The notes under the pieces: model-generated
Told to the model about the DNA's origin: nothing
The model's input: the letters and a program-made list of their open reading frames with translations, nothing else
The model's database searches: none
Made by a program: the position numbers and the translations under genes
DNA from: Ramazzottius varieornatus
Lineage: Eukaryota; Animalia; Tardigrada
Length of the DNA stretch: 64,000 nucleotides
Assembly: GCA_001949185.1 (NCBI GenBank)
Contig: BDGG01000001.1
Coordinates: 2,559,324-2,623,323, forward strand
Direction: 5' to 3'
Part shown: piece by piece, positions 50,456 to 62,673 of the stretch
Layout: each line of letters opens with the position of its first letter
Position numbering within the stretch: the first letter of the stretch is position 1

Positions 50456-53400
50456 TCATAATGCAGCGAACTGAGGCTTGGCAAGTTTCGAAGAGGCCGC
50501 CAACGCGGATAAAGCAGACAGGGAAGGAGGAACTCCATACTTGTTCAGGTAGAAATCAGGCATGTACACATCACCGTTGGAACGCCGCTGTATCCAGTCG
50601 GCAAACAAAGGCACTAAAGTGCTGACACCTACAGCCACGACCAAAGTTGGAGACATTGTGTATCTTTCGTGCCGGTTGTCGAAAAACCGACTTTTCTCAC
50701 CGAACGGTAGCTGAAATCGTAACACTAAGACCTCAAGAGGTGCAGAGGTCACTTAGGCAGCGAGTGCCATAAAGTTTGTGTGCGCGCGGTAATCCATATT
50801 CCGCGAAATATATAATTATGGAGTGTGCCGAAACTACCCAAGAGTTTGAATTAACCCTTCCCTCGACTCTAAATTCTGACAGCAGACACAGAATGATGGT
50901 CCCCAACACAAGCATCCAATCGCGCCTTTTGGACAATTTTAAATTTTTCAGTCTATTTTGCAGGCGCGATTGCTGACCGAAAATGCTGGATTGGCCGCTT
51001 GTGATGGGGAACGCCATGCTGCCGGAATTTAGAGTCGATAGAACGGTTAACTCAAATATTAGGTGGTTTTGCGCCTCCTTTCATAATTCCATATTGATTC
51101 CAAGAACTACTCAAGCGCGAGTTGGATAAGTTCGAATGCATTTTTGCGGGAATATGGATTACCGTGCTCACACAAACTTTATGCCCCTCGGTGCCTAAGT
51201 GGTCTTTGCACCTCGTGGGTCCTAGTATTACGATTTCCGCCACCGTTCGGCGAGGAAAGTCGTTATTTTCGACAACCGGAGCGAAAGATACGCATTTTCC
51301 TCGAATCTGACGCAATGGCGTCAGAGATGGTAAATTCGATGGACATAGACGAAACAACTTACCTGGTAAATTTGCATCGGCGCAGCCGATTCCCCATGAA
51401 ATAACTCCTACAAGAGACCAGCGTCCGTCCACCTGTTGAACTATAGGACCTCCCGAGTCGCCCTAGACAAAACATCACTGTAAAGAATGTTGCGAGGACC
51501 CAATGGGTTAGTTCTCTCCTCGGTTGTCCCAATGGGCTCTCCCGCCGCTTGGGTTTACTAGACCAACCTGGCATGCGTCTTTTCCGCCTCCTTTGTATCC
51601 AGCACAGATGAAGCATGACTCTACATCCTGGTGCCGATCTCCGTTATCGAACCAACTTTCGCATTCCGACTTGGAAATGAAGGGTACCTGGACAGAGTGA
51701 AGAACGGGTGGAAGGGCGCCACCTGCAGGAACCAAGAGTTGTGATTCGATTCGGCCATACCACAACAGAAACTGAAGTCTTTGCCGTACCTTGACTAAGA
51801 CGTCCCCAGCCGGAAATGGTTCCCATCGAGCCAGTATAATTCTTGTACGGAGCGATACATGCAGGTATGATATGCGGCGCGAGGTTCACCGGCTCCGCTA
51901 ACCTGAGCAAGGCTAGGTCATTCTCAAACGTGAGGAAGTTGAACTTCTCGTGGATGATCCTTTCAGCAACACGCATATCAATGTGGGGATAGACGGCGTT
52001 CGAGTCGCTAAAGTCGTACTCGCCGATCCGGACGACCATCTTTTCCGTCGGAATACTGTTGAAAATTTGATGCTTTAACCATATAACCGCATATTGGGAC
52101 TTAATTGAACTCAACGGAAAACGTACTCGCTGGCGCAGTGAGCCGCTGTAAGGATCCATCTTGGATGAACCAGGGTTGCTCCACAGCGGTGCGAGCTGAT
52201 GAAGCCAACAATTCGGCGCAGGGAAACCTGCCAGGGGAACTGACCGAGTTTGGCATCAGTTCCACCAACGATCCTTTTCCACAGCAGTGGAGTTATTCCA
52301 CAAACTAAACAGAATTTCGACTTATGAACAGCCGTACAATAAAAGATTGCCACAAAGTGCTCGAAATAACTTACTTTCGCTGAGTGTGATCGTAATCTGT
52401 CCAGTTGCGTCCACCGCACTGGCGGGAGTAGCCGGAGCAGCCGTGGTGGCGGTAGGAGGGAAAGTGAAGCGCTCGGGTGGCACCCATCTTGTCCATGTCC
52501 CCAATGTCGTCGTCGTCGTCGTCGAACTTTCCGTAGTCTCTACAGCCGGACGCGTGGGGACTGTAAAACGTGAAGGTGGCACCCATTTCGTCCAGATCTT
52601 CGTGGTAGGCGCTTCTGTCGTCGTCGAACTCTCCGTCGTCTGGCTTTCCGTTGTCTCTTCAGTCGTGATCGTAAAAGTCTCTTCTGGGGTTGTAGTGGTT
52701 GTCGAAGTGGCAGTGGTCGTGGTAGTTGGCGTTGCCGTTGTTGGCGCTGTAGTGGTGCTTGTACTGGTGGTGGTGGTGGTGGTGGTGGTGGTGGTGGTGG
52801 TCGGGGTAGTAGTAGTCCTCGATATCGTTGTGGATGTCGAAGGAGTGGTGGTCGGTGTCGTTGACTCAGTTGTGGTGGATGTCGTGGGTGTTGTAGTGGT
52901 AGTAGCGGTGCTGGGTACCGTGGTGGCAGTAAGGTTAACCGGGAAGATTTGCTCAAGTGAAGGGGAACCTTGAGTGGATGGAGCAGCAGTCTGTTGTTGT
53001 GGTCCGACGTTCGGCCAAAGCAGAAAGTTGTCCACATCGGTACCCACAAACATGGCGTCGTTGGGTGTGGGCACGACGTTACCATTGATTATGGGGTTAC
53101 TGGCAGTAGCCACGGTCAATGTGATGTTCTTGGTTGATGGTGCCTTGGTCTTCACGGTTTGTAGCTGGGCATCATCAGCACCTTTTGGAGAGTTATTGAT
53201 AACGCCAAATGAGGCTCCCTGCTGCTCGCTGTGATTAGGCGTCTCCACCTGCATGTTGATATTGAAGGTGTAACTGCCTTGTCCGTTGGTGTTGGCCGAC
53301 ACCACTGAACCACCTTGCGACCACTGCAAATTCTGCTGATTTTGGTTTCCTGAAAGTAGCAGAAGACATTAGATTATTGTCGTTCCCGTATAAGGGAACC

Positions 53401-54752
53401 TACTTCCGGTTGGCAAACTGAAATTCACCAATTTTTCATTCTGACAATTCTCATAATCGAAAACTTACTATTCCACTGATTGTTCGACGAGCCGGACATG
53501 ACTCCACCCGGCATGACCAGTACGACGTCAGGCAAAGGAGTGATAGCATCGACTGGTCCAGGTCCTGCCGGCTTGCTGGCTTGGAAACTTCCTGGCTGGA
53601 CGGGCGTTGGCTGCGAACCCCTCCATCTTGTGCTAGCCGGTGTGGTCGAGTGCGAAAGACCAGTGTTACGTTCTGGTACTTGGGTGGTCTGAGCATTTGG
53701 TCGGAACCAAGCCGCCGAGTTGTTGATCACCGGCGGCGACCCAAATTGCCCACTCGTTTTCGTAGTTGCTGATGAAGACTTTGTCGTTAGAAATGCAGAT
53801 AACGAGAACGGAGAAGGGGTAGGAGTTTTCGAGGTGGATTTGTGCTTGTACCAATCAGGCTGCAAAGGAAACACTGGCTCCACAAAAATCAGCACGGGAG
53901 GAACTTGATGGTTTGACTTACGATGGTGTAGCCTTTATAAATAGTGGTTGTTACTTTGCTTATCCATTTCTTGGTTGTTCGAGACCCTGTGGTCCCTGCT
54001 GATGGCCTTGACGCACCACTTGCCAAGCCTTCAGCTTCTTTCCTAATAACTTCTTCGAAGAAATTGGGCTTGACCGTGGACTTTCCTCCCTCGGTCGTAC
54101 CAAACGCCGCTGAGGATGTATTCGCGTTGGGCAGAACACAGCAAGAAGCTAAGAAGAAGGATTTGGCGCATGTTCCATGGAGGGTTCCTCGGAGGTCCAG
54201 GCAGGATTTCAGGAACATGCATACTCCGACGTCGCCGGACTTCGACAAGCACAGTGGCGCCCCTCCAACATTTTGTTTGACTACTGTCAGAACAGAACTT
54301 TAAAGATGATTCAAAGTTATGGTAATCAGGCCGACGATAAACTTTAGAAGCTATAATCAACTCACCGACGGCAACTTGGCCATTCACCTGGGGTAAACGT
54401 CTTATGGGTTCTTGTACGAGGACGCCCTCTATCTTCGACGGGTATATACTTAAGTTACTACATTCTGCAGAATCCGGCTTCAATATTGATAGAAAGAGTA
54501 TGGAAAGCAGATTGAAAGCGAATCGCTTTTGTGGAAATTCGCAACTTCTGGAGTGGTGCCGGTTGTGGTCCGTACGTTGCGAACTATGAGTACCCAAGAT
54601 GGTTGAACCAGGTAATTCCTGAAACAGTCCACATTAGTAAAACATCGTGTTGAGCGCCTTCCGTTAGTATAAAAGTGGATGAGGATAACAGAAGTACGAC
54701 AAAGTACCTCTTCAGTTCCGGGATGTGAAACGGCTCCATTATATTCCCGCAT
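50456..54752 (-). CDS. Stubble-like clip-domain serine protease with Thr-rich stem
   Basis: N-terminal hydrophobic stretch; clip/knot GVCMFLKSC...[13 protein letters not shown]; mucin-like Thr stem; R|IVGG; TAAHC; NDLALL; DACQ|GDSGGP; start at 54752 inferred by splicing. Confidence 0.88.
50657..51294. mobile_element. About 638-bp imperfect foldback (long inverted repeat) in the last intron of the protease gene
   Basis: 50657-50810 is the reverse complement of about 51141-51294 with scattered mismatches. Inner arms (about 50813-50884 vs 51017-51088, and about 50901-50927 vs 50962-51009) also pair. Confidence 0.85.
52765..52800. repeat. (TGG)12 microsatellite encoding poly-Thr in the protease stem
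   Basis: Pure trinucleotide run; ACC codons on the minus strand. Confidence 0.9.
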
Positions 54753-56224
54753 AGCTGGAGGAACCTGGTCGAAATGACAGTCGCCCACAGGCGACAAGCG
54801 AGAATCAGAGCAATCTCACATGTGTATGAACTGTTGAGCAAGCGGGTATATCCACGAGAGGCGAATTGAGAGGACCTCAAGGACGAAAGCCGTGAATCCT
54901 GATTGCACAAAAGTTTGCCCTTCCCAGTAGTTTTCTAACTCCAGTTTGTCGAAATCTAAAGGAGTGCCTTCGCCAGCGACCACTGCAACGACCTGTAGAG
55001 ATCAACGTGCAACGTGATGGAAGACGATAACTCTTCACGTCTCCGTATTAAGAATTTACAGGTGTTGCATGCTACTGTGCGAAGCCCGAAGCCGAAGTGA
55101 ACACCAGGCGCGGAAGTGAGAGAGACTCAATATTCAAAGATGCGAAACGCGCGCGATATCGCTCATTTCATATTCAGCAGCTCCTCCTCATCAACTTGAC
55201 CTAGAGAAGAGCTCGTGCTCGTGCTCAGAACTGGTCCGTCTTGCTGAGAAGGGTGTTGCAACTTACGACCACCGGCAGCCCACGCCACTGCGATAAAAAA
55301 CTATTATTACAAGACTAAGCAATAAAAAACCCAAGTGGTCATCTGGGTCAGTATGACAGTTATGGTGAAAGGTGCGTAAAAGAAACAACCTCGAACGCCC
55401 ATCAAATATAGCGTGTCGGATACTGAACGACAAGAACCGTGGGAGGGTTTGCGCCTTCACGACAAGCGTGGTCAGCGAACGTGGCCGAGAACTTGACAGC
55501 ACACATCGAGGCCGGAAGTTCAAGGGGACTAGCGGTAAGAGTTCTCTCTTGAGATATTAACCTTCATCACTGACACTGTTACTTTTTAGCGAGAGCAAAA
55601 ACTACTTGGTCCACATTTGCACTTTCGGGGCTGAATTAATGCGACCAAACCATGAAGGGGTCTCCTGATTAGTCCGCGCAAAACAAAGAAATCGGTAACC
55701 ATACAGCAATTTCACAGCCATAAGTACTGTTCGACTCAACACACGGAGCGTTTTTGGGTTTCAAATCGTAAAAAAGGCACTGTGAACGCGGAAGGACCTT
55801 GAGGCATCCAGTTTGGCCCTTAAAACGGATGATTACCTCAACGATCGGAATGCTACGTTGAATTCCATGTGAGACCTCGTGGTGGTTCGCCTCGCAAAAT
55901 ATTGCCATGCACATGTGCCGTTCCGAGCTCGAGACGAGACCCGAAGTAAGACATTTTGTTTACGGTTTTGCTTACGCCGGTAAGAGCGCCGATTAAACTT
56001 CCTTGTGACACTGTCTGAAGAAAACTCGCAACCTAGTAGCCTGGAGCAAATCCTGCGGCAACATAGACTTCACCAACTTCTGGAAAGATAGTCACCAACA
56101 GGCCATGGCATTTTCCGCTCATGAGTTACGAGAAAACGGAACTTGATATCACAAGATAGTCATTACGTTTTCTGCTTATTCCCTTTTTTCGTTCCAGCAG
56201 TAATTACTCGGATAATATTTCACA

Positions 56225-57273
56225 ATGCCTTACGAAAAGCACGTTGAACAGACGGTGGTGGAAAAAACTGAGCAGCCTGGACACTCGTCGACGCACCATG
56301 CTCCCGCCCAAAGGACCGTAGCTCGCGAGCAGGAGGAAGTTGTCCACAAAGAGTTTACCCATACCGACATTCGAGTTCCCCACATCGACGCACCTCCTCC
56401 AATCATCGCTGCCAGCGCAGGTGAGAACCCATCCAGTCACATACTACTTTTGTGGTCTATTGTGGGAGCTCGGCAAACAATCTCCACCAGATTTCCTTTT
56501 CATTGTTACGGGCCGAACGCGTGTGCCACTTGAAGAAACGGTGAATTTCAACGACTAGGTTCCTGAAAGGTATTCGAAATATTTGTCATTAAAATAGTGG
56601 GCTTGGCCGAGGAGATCGTCAGTCATGGTTTCCAAGCCTCGGCGGCCCGCATCAGCGGTGCTTCCACCGAGGTCGATATGCGCCCAAGTCCCAAGCTAGC
56701 CGAGGAAGCTCGTCGTGATGCCGAACGATATCAAAAGGAGCACGAGATGATCAACAGACAAGCCGAAGCCACGCTGCAAAAGAAGGCGGAGGAGTACCGT
56801 CACCAGACTGAGGCGGAAGCCGAGAAGATTCGCCGCGAACTGGAAAAGCAGCATGAACGGGACATCCAGTTCAGGAAGGACCTCATCGATCAGACCATCG
56901 AAAAGCAGAAGCGCGAAGTTGATCTGGAAGCCAAGATGGCCAAACGCGAGCTGGGTACCTCCCCACAACACTCTTCTTTTTGCTATCGTTATAGCTAGAC
57001 AGCTCGATTTTGTAGATCGCGAAGCGCAGTTGGCTAAGGAAGCCCTGGAACGTTCTCGAATGGCCACCAACGTGGAAGTCACGCTGGATACCGCAGGTAC
57101 GCTCCAACGTATTACAGGCTCCTTTTTACGCTCCTGGCGCTCGACGCAGTTTAGCGCTCTGAGGCATATGTGCATGATAATTCTGTTTTTCAGCGGGACA
57201 TACAGTAAGTGGGGGAACTACCGTCTCCAGCGTCGACAAAGTTGAAACCGTCCGCGAGCGCAAACATCATTAA
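56225..57273 (+). CDS. CAHS1: Cytoplasmic abundant heat-soluble protein 1 (237 aa)
   Basis: Exons 56225-56420, 56598-56954, 57016-57096, 57194-57273 total 714 nt. [20 protein letters not shown]...[11 protein letters not shown]...[19 protein letters not shown] matches R. varieornatus CAHS1 from memory. Confidence 0.93.
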
Positions 57274-57920
57274 CGACCACACCACGATTAGAACTTGCTT
57301 GCCTCATTGGATGAACCCTTTAATTCACAAAATATCTAAGATACTCAAGATCGTAAGATTTAGAATGGTTAGCTTCTTCATTTCCGCGTCGACCTGAATA
57401 GTACGCGTACGGACCTCGTGAATTAGTCGCATAACATCCTAATATTTTCAAAGTGATAAGCGAGTCTCCAACTATAAACAGGGCGTCGTACCATAATTTC
57501 CACTTGACAGTATTGCTCGGCGCGACAACTCGAGCCAACTGAAGCCACTGCGTTGCAGAACTATGTGCGCGACCTGTGTATAGTGGAGTTATTCAAGAGT
57601 TTTATCGCTAACGACTCGTTTTATTTAACGAAAAGTCACGGTGAGGTACCCGCAATCATTCATTCGGCATTCCGGTGTTTACACCTTCTGTTTGCATTGC
57701 TCATTATATTTCCGTGATAAGAGATAACACCCGAGCTGCATCAGCAGGTTGCACATCGGCTGGCAAATTCCATGATCGCAACATACACTACCGTCACAAG
57801 CTAGAAACACCCTAAATTTACGTGTCATACCGAGAGTTCCCTTATAAGGCAAAAGGCCCAGGTTATTCATTTCGAGCTGTTTGTGTTCTTGTTTATCCCA
57901 AAATTCAGCCTTCCTTTAAA

Positions 57921-58881
57921 ATGGAACGAACAGTGGAAAAAAGCGTTGAAGTACGCACGACCGGAAGCAGTCATCCTTCCAACGTAACCAGTTCTCAGTA
58001 TACTGTCGAACGAGAGACAACCATCCCAGCCACACTAGGCGATGCAACCTACACTGGCACACCTTATCCTCATGGAGGACTCGGACATTCCTCATCGCAG
58101 AGTTCGTCGGACAGCCAAGAACGCGTGACCAACTACACCCACACGGAAGTGAGGGTTCCCCAGGTGTCGATGCCCGCCCCCATCATCGTTACGTCCGCTT
58201 CAGGACTAGCCGAAGAGATGGTAGGTTCAGGATTCACGGCTTCGGCCTCTCGAGTCACTGGGTCGTCGGTGGAGCAGATGGTCCAAGAATCACCGGCTCT
58301 TCACCAAAAGTCCCTGGAAGAAGCTGAACGTCATGACCACGAACTGGCCAAGGTGACCGAGAAGATGGACCATAAGATGGAAAAGAAAGCCGAGAAGTAC
58401 CGCAAGGAAGCGGAAAAGGAGGCGGACAAAATCCGAAAGCTAATGGAGAAACAACACGAGGTGAGGAAAAAATGAAACAATAATATGGATTTTCAACGAG
58501 GAAGTTTTGGGATCCGGAAGTTCTTCGTCCTATCTTATTGACTGTAATTTTATCCTTTCTGCATTTTTAGAAAGATGTTGAATTTCGAAAGGAGCTGGTG
58601 GAAACTTCGATCGAGAAGCAAAAGAAGGAGATCGAGATAGAAGCCAAGCATGCCAAGGCCGAGCTGGAGCACGAGCGACAGTTGGCTCTTGAAGCACTGG
58701 AACGATCGAAGATGACAAGTAAGTATCGAAAACACGTTGCAAATTTAGTAATCAACCACTACGCAGACCGATCTTGATTTTAGGCAATGTCGAAGTTAAT
58801 TTCGACACTAGTGTGGGCCAGACGGTTTCTGAGAGCCACGTCGGCACCCATCGCACAGACATCAGCCATCCGCGAATGTAG
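57921..58881 (+). CDS. CAHS-family protein (261 aa); paralog number not assigned
   Basis: Exons 57921-58460, 58571-58718, 58784-58881 total 786 nt. YTHTEVRVP...[11 protein letters not shown]...[22 protein letters not shown]|[11 protein letters not shown]...[15 protein letters not shown]. Confidence 0.92.
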
Positions 58882-59518
58882 CGCCCAAACCAAAGTCCAA
58901 CTTGTCGACTTTCCAAAACAACCGGTCCACTTACTTTAACACAGCGTGAAACTGTCTGCAACCTTTACCATCGTTGTCGTAGCCACGTTGCCCACGAGTA
59001 ATGTTTTCTGTAAACCTTTGTAAATCCTAAGAACACAAGACATAAGGCAGCACGATACCACATAAAATTTAATTTAATTCAAAAAGTTAAAGTAAAAAGC
59101 AAACTTTGTAACCGCGGGTCGTCGAAAACATGCCGGCACACTACATACCTTTGTACTTGTAAGTCCTGTTTTCAAATTTAGCTTTTGTCGATCGCAGTGA
59201 GTATGAACATTGACCAGCCACGCATTCAAAGTAAGGACGGCAAATTACCCGGTGTCATGTCGGAGTCTGGTACCTTGCACATTAATCTCTGGATCGTCCG
59301 ATCCCAGCCGGGCCCAAGAAGCACTGTGGACAGAGGTCATTACGTATCGAGGAAAATATCTCATCGGCCCAAACGGACTTCAGCCAGTGGTTCAACAGTC
59401 CCAAGTCCACTGGTCAGATCACTTCATCTTGTCATCACACAGAGGGACACGTAGATGTGAAATGCACGACAGCAGACGCCAGTATGGAAATCCCCGCTCC
59501 TCTTGACGGTACGGGGCG

Positions 59519-59525
59519 TATATAA
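59519..59525 (+). promoter_or_regulatory. Candidate TATA box of CAHS2
   Basis: TATATAA about 110 nt upstream of the ATG in otherwise balanced-GC sequence; TSS unknown. Confidence 0.4.
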
Positions 59526-59629
59526 GCTCAAAGCAGATGGGCGAGGATTCTTAGTACCTTTCCCAGCACCTCTTGAAACGCTCTAGCCTTAGACTTTAGC
59601 TGTCGCAAGTAGCCCTCGCAAGTCTCAAC

Positions 59630-60600
59630 ATGTCTCGAGATCAAGGAAGCACGGAATACGACGCTAACCAACGCCAGGAGCAACACCAGGAACAACATAA
59701 TACCTCTTACACCCACACCGATGTAAGCTCCAACTTCCGATCCGCCTTTCCCCTGCAAAAATAAAGTTTGAGCTCTCTTTCGACTAGCGTACAGAGTTAT
59801 GACCTCTCAAGGTGAACTCTTCAGGGGAAAAGCTATTTTTAGAAATGAATATGATACTGGTTCTTCGCAGGTCCGCACCAACATCCCTAATATCCCTGCC
59901 CCGTTCATCTCTACCGGTGTTTCGGGTCTCGGTCAACAGCTGGTCGGAGAAGGTTTCACCGCCTCCGCTGCTCGCATCTCCGGACAATCGTCGGAAACCC
60001 ACGTACAGATGACCCCCGAGATGGAAGCCGAAGCGCGCAAGGACCGCGAGCGCTACGAACGCGAGCTGCAAGCCATCAACGAGCGACACCAACGAGACAT
60101 CGAAGGCAAGACCGAGGCCTACCGCAAACAGGCTGAACAAGAAGCCGAACGTCTTCGCAAAGAGCTGGAGAAGCAACACCAACGAGATATCGAGTTCCGC
60201 AAATCGCTGGTCCAGGGTAAGTCCAAGCATTCCCCCGTACTTTTCGAACCCTACATTTTTGAGTATCCCCAGGTACCATCGAGAACCAGAAACGACAAGT
60301 TGAGCTCGAAGCCCAGCTCGCCAAGCGCGAACTCGACCGAGAAGCTCGCCTTGCAACTCAGGCTCTCGACCAGTCCAAGATGGCCACTGATGTAAGTCAT
60401 GTTCTGGAATCTGACAGACTGACACTGAGTATTCCGCTTATCTTAAATCTCGTCCTATGGCTTTCAAAATTTCCGCCCTTCGCATGTATTAGATTATGCT
60501 TTTGCAGGTTCAAGTCAATTTTGACTCAGCAGTAGGCCACACTGTTTCTGGGGCTACCACAGTCTCCCAATCCGAGAAAGTCACCCAGTCGAAGCACTAA
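59630..60600 (+). CDS. CAHS2: Cytoplasmic abundant heat-soluble protein 2 (216 aa)
   Basis: Exons 59630-59722, 59871-60216, 60273-60391, 60508-60600 total 651 nt. [31 protein letters not shown]|[11 protein letters not shown]...VTQSKH matches R. varieornatus CAHS2 from memory. Confidence 0.93.
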
Positions 60601-61344
60601 AGAAGAATTTTTATAAGACATGAATAATCCTAAATTCAGACCTGTACTGGCCATCTTGAATTCCATACCAAATGGAATTTTCACAAGCCAAAATCCACAT
60701 ACTGAAATTTAGTTACATTTGACTTTCTCTCCTGAAATTCATTCGCATCATTCCATGTTTCTATAATACCCATAAAATGAAGACCTACTCAGTACTCACG
60801 AAGCACTGCTCAACAAAGCAAGCCGAACACCTGGTTCACCATAGAGGGATCGTCATCAGAAAGAATTCCACATAACTCCAGCGGTCCGAGTAAAGCGAAC
60901 GGAGTTCTCCTACTTAGCCAACAGTAGCAAACGCCCCGCAAACGCCTTGTCAGAAAGAAACAGCCTCGTTCAGTCGGAGTCATTCTGACCTTGCCGTTCT
61001 TCCTTGTCCTGCTGCAATTCCTCACGGAGAACACCAATCCGTAACTGCCTACGGGATCAAGGATTCCTTCGTTTTGCAGAGCCAACACTGTCAAAATCAG
61101 AGAAAATTTCAGTTTAAGTTTTGCTAGATGGGATTAGACAGGAAGAAGGTAGGCATGCACAGACTTACGCGAACCGCAAAAGCCTGACATCACACTACCG
61201 TCAAACATACGCTATCTGCTAGGTCCCGAAACGAAAAAAAGAACACCCTCGTTAACTTCCAAAGCAAAGAAACGACCACGACACAGGAGTAAATCTGATA
61301 CGTAATGTGGATAAATTCGTTATTAAAGACTGCCACAGGTATTT

Positions 61345-61968
61345 TCAGACTGTTTCTTCGATAATTTTAGAATACATTTTAATCTTTGATGCAGTAGACA
61401 TATCCACGTACTTGTCACCAATGCTGACAATCATTCCTCCGATTATGGTTGGATCGACTTTCGCTTCAATCCGCATAGTCTGCCCTTTCGTCGAAAACTT
61501 GGCCAGAGCAGCTTCCAGTGCTTTTCCTTGGGAGGCATCCAATGGCTTCGCCGTAGTAACCGTCACCTGCACTTCTCCTCGTTCGGCACTCATGATCTGT
61601 GCGAACGTCTTCAGAAACTTGTGTATCAAGCCTAGTCTTCCGTTCTCACTCATCGCAGCCAAGGTATTGAGGGACAATGGACTTATCTTATGTTCTTGGG
61701 CTAATCGCTGTAGCATTTGCTTCTTCTCGTGCTTTGTGACTATGGGACTTTGCAGCATCTCGGCAGCCTCCCTGTTCTTCTCCATAACTTGACCCATGAG
61801 GACCATATCCCTTTCCACGTTCTGCAGCTGGTTCTCCTTGGATGCCGCGGAGAATAAGGCGCTGGCGTAACGTCCTTCGATACCAAAGACGGAGATAGGT
61901 GGACGGACCATCTGCGCCACGCTGGATGACGAGCTGAACGTCCGGACTGCCATCCTGAGCGACGACAT
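61345..61968 (-). CDS. ATP5O: ATP synthase subunit O (OSCP), mitochondrial
   Basis: VRPPISVFGIEGRYASALFSAASK...VDPTIIGGMIVSIGDKYVDMS; the ATG directly follows a splice acceptor (intron 61969-62049). Confidence 0.96.
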   Translation of the reverse strand: MSSLRMAVRTFSSSSSVAQMVRPPISVFGIEGRYASALFSAASKENQLQNVERDMVLMGQVMEKNREAAEMLQSPIVTKHEKKQMLQRLAQEHKISPLSLNTLAAMSENGRLGLIHKFLKTFAQIMSAERGEVQVTVTTAKPLDASQGKALEAALAKFSTKGQTMRIEAKVDPTIIGGMIVSIGDKYVDMSTASKIKMYSKIIEETV

Positions 61969-62673
61969 CTGAAAATGAAACATTCTTGCTTGAATACCTT
62001 CCCGGTACATTAGTTCCCGTAAGACTTACCTTGATGACCGCAGGAAAGATAAGCTGGTAAAGGTGTACAAGGATGATCTTTCACAACTTACGGAACACTT
62101 CCTGTGGAGACGGCGATGTGCCCACTTTTCCACGCCGAGGCACAACTAACAAGCCACAACACCGCACCGCAACCCAAAACAAAATCTGCAATTCACCACA
62201 AACGATGAGGCGAGACCTCTTTCATACCGACGAAACGCAACAGTAAAACATGTTGCAAGCTTGAGGTCGATCCTTAGTTCTGATTGCTTTTTAGCACCGG
62301 CTCGCTTCAAGATGGGATACCGAGGCTTATACTATTAGACTCTGAAGCGAGATTTCCTCAAGAACAGTAAAATAAGTCCGTTCCACCTACACTGTGTTCA
62401 TGCGCTTACGGGTGTACGTACAACCTGCATCTTAGTTGGATTGATTGGATGGGAAACGTCGTCTGCGAAAAATCCATCATTATTTTCCTGTGAACATTCT
62501 TGATCGATCGATACCTCCTTACGTTACGCGGGTGGAGGATCCAGGAGGAAAGAGCAGATCTCTTACGGAACAGTCTGGCGGAGACGGCATGAGTGCATCT
62601 TGCGGACACTATCCCTGAATCTTCTCCGGTTCTATTCTGAACAGACCAGCTTCTCCAGTGTCCCGAAATCACA

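Noticed and set aside
52287-52973. 228-aa poly-Val ORF on + and 181-aa Pro/Arg ORF on -
   Set aside because: Antisense and alternate-frame shadows of the Thr-rich protease stem.
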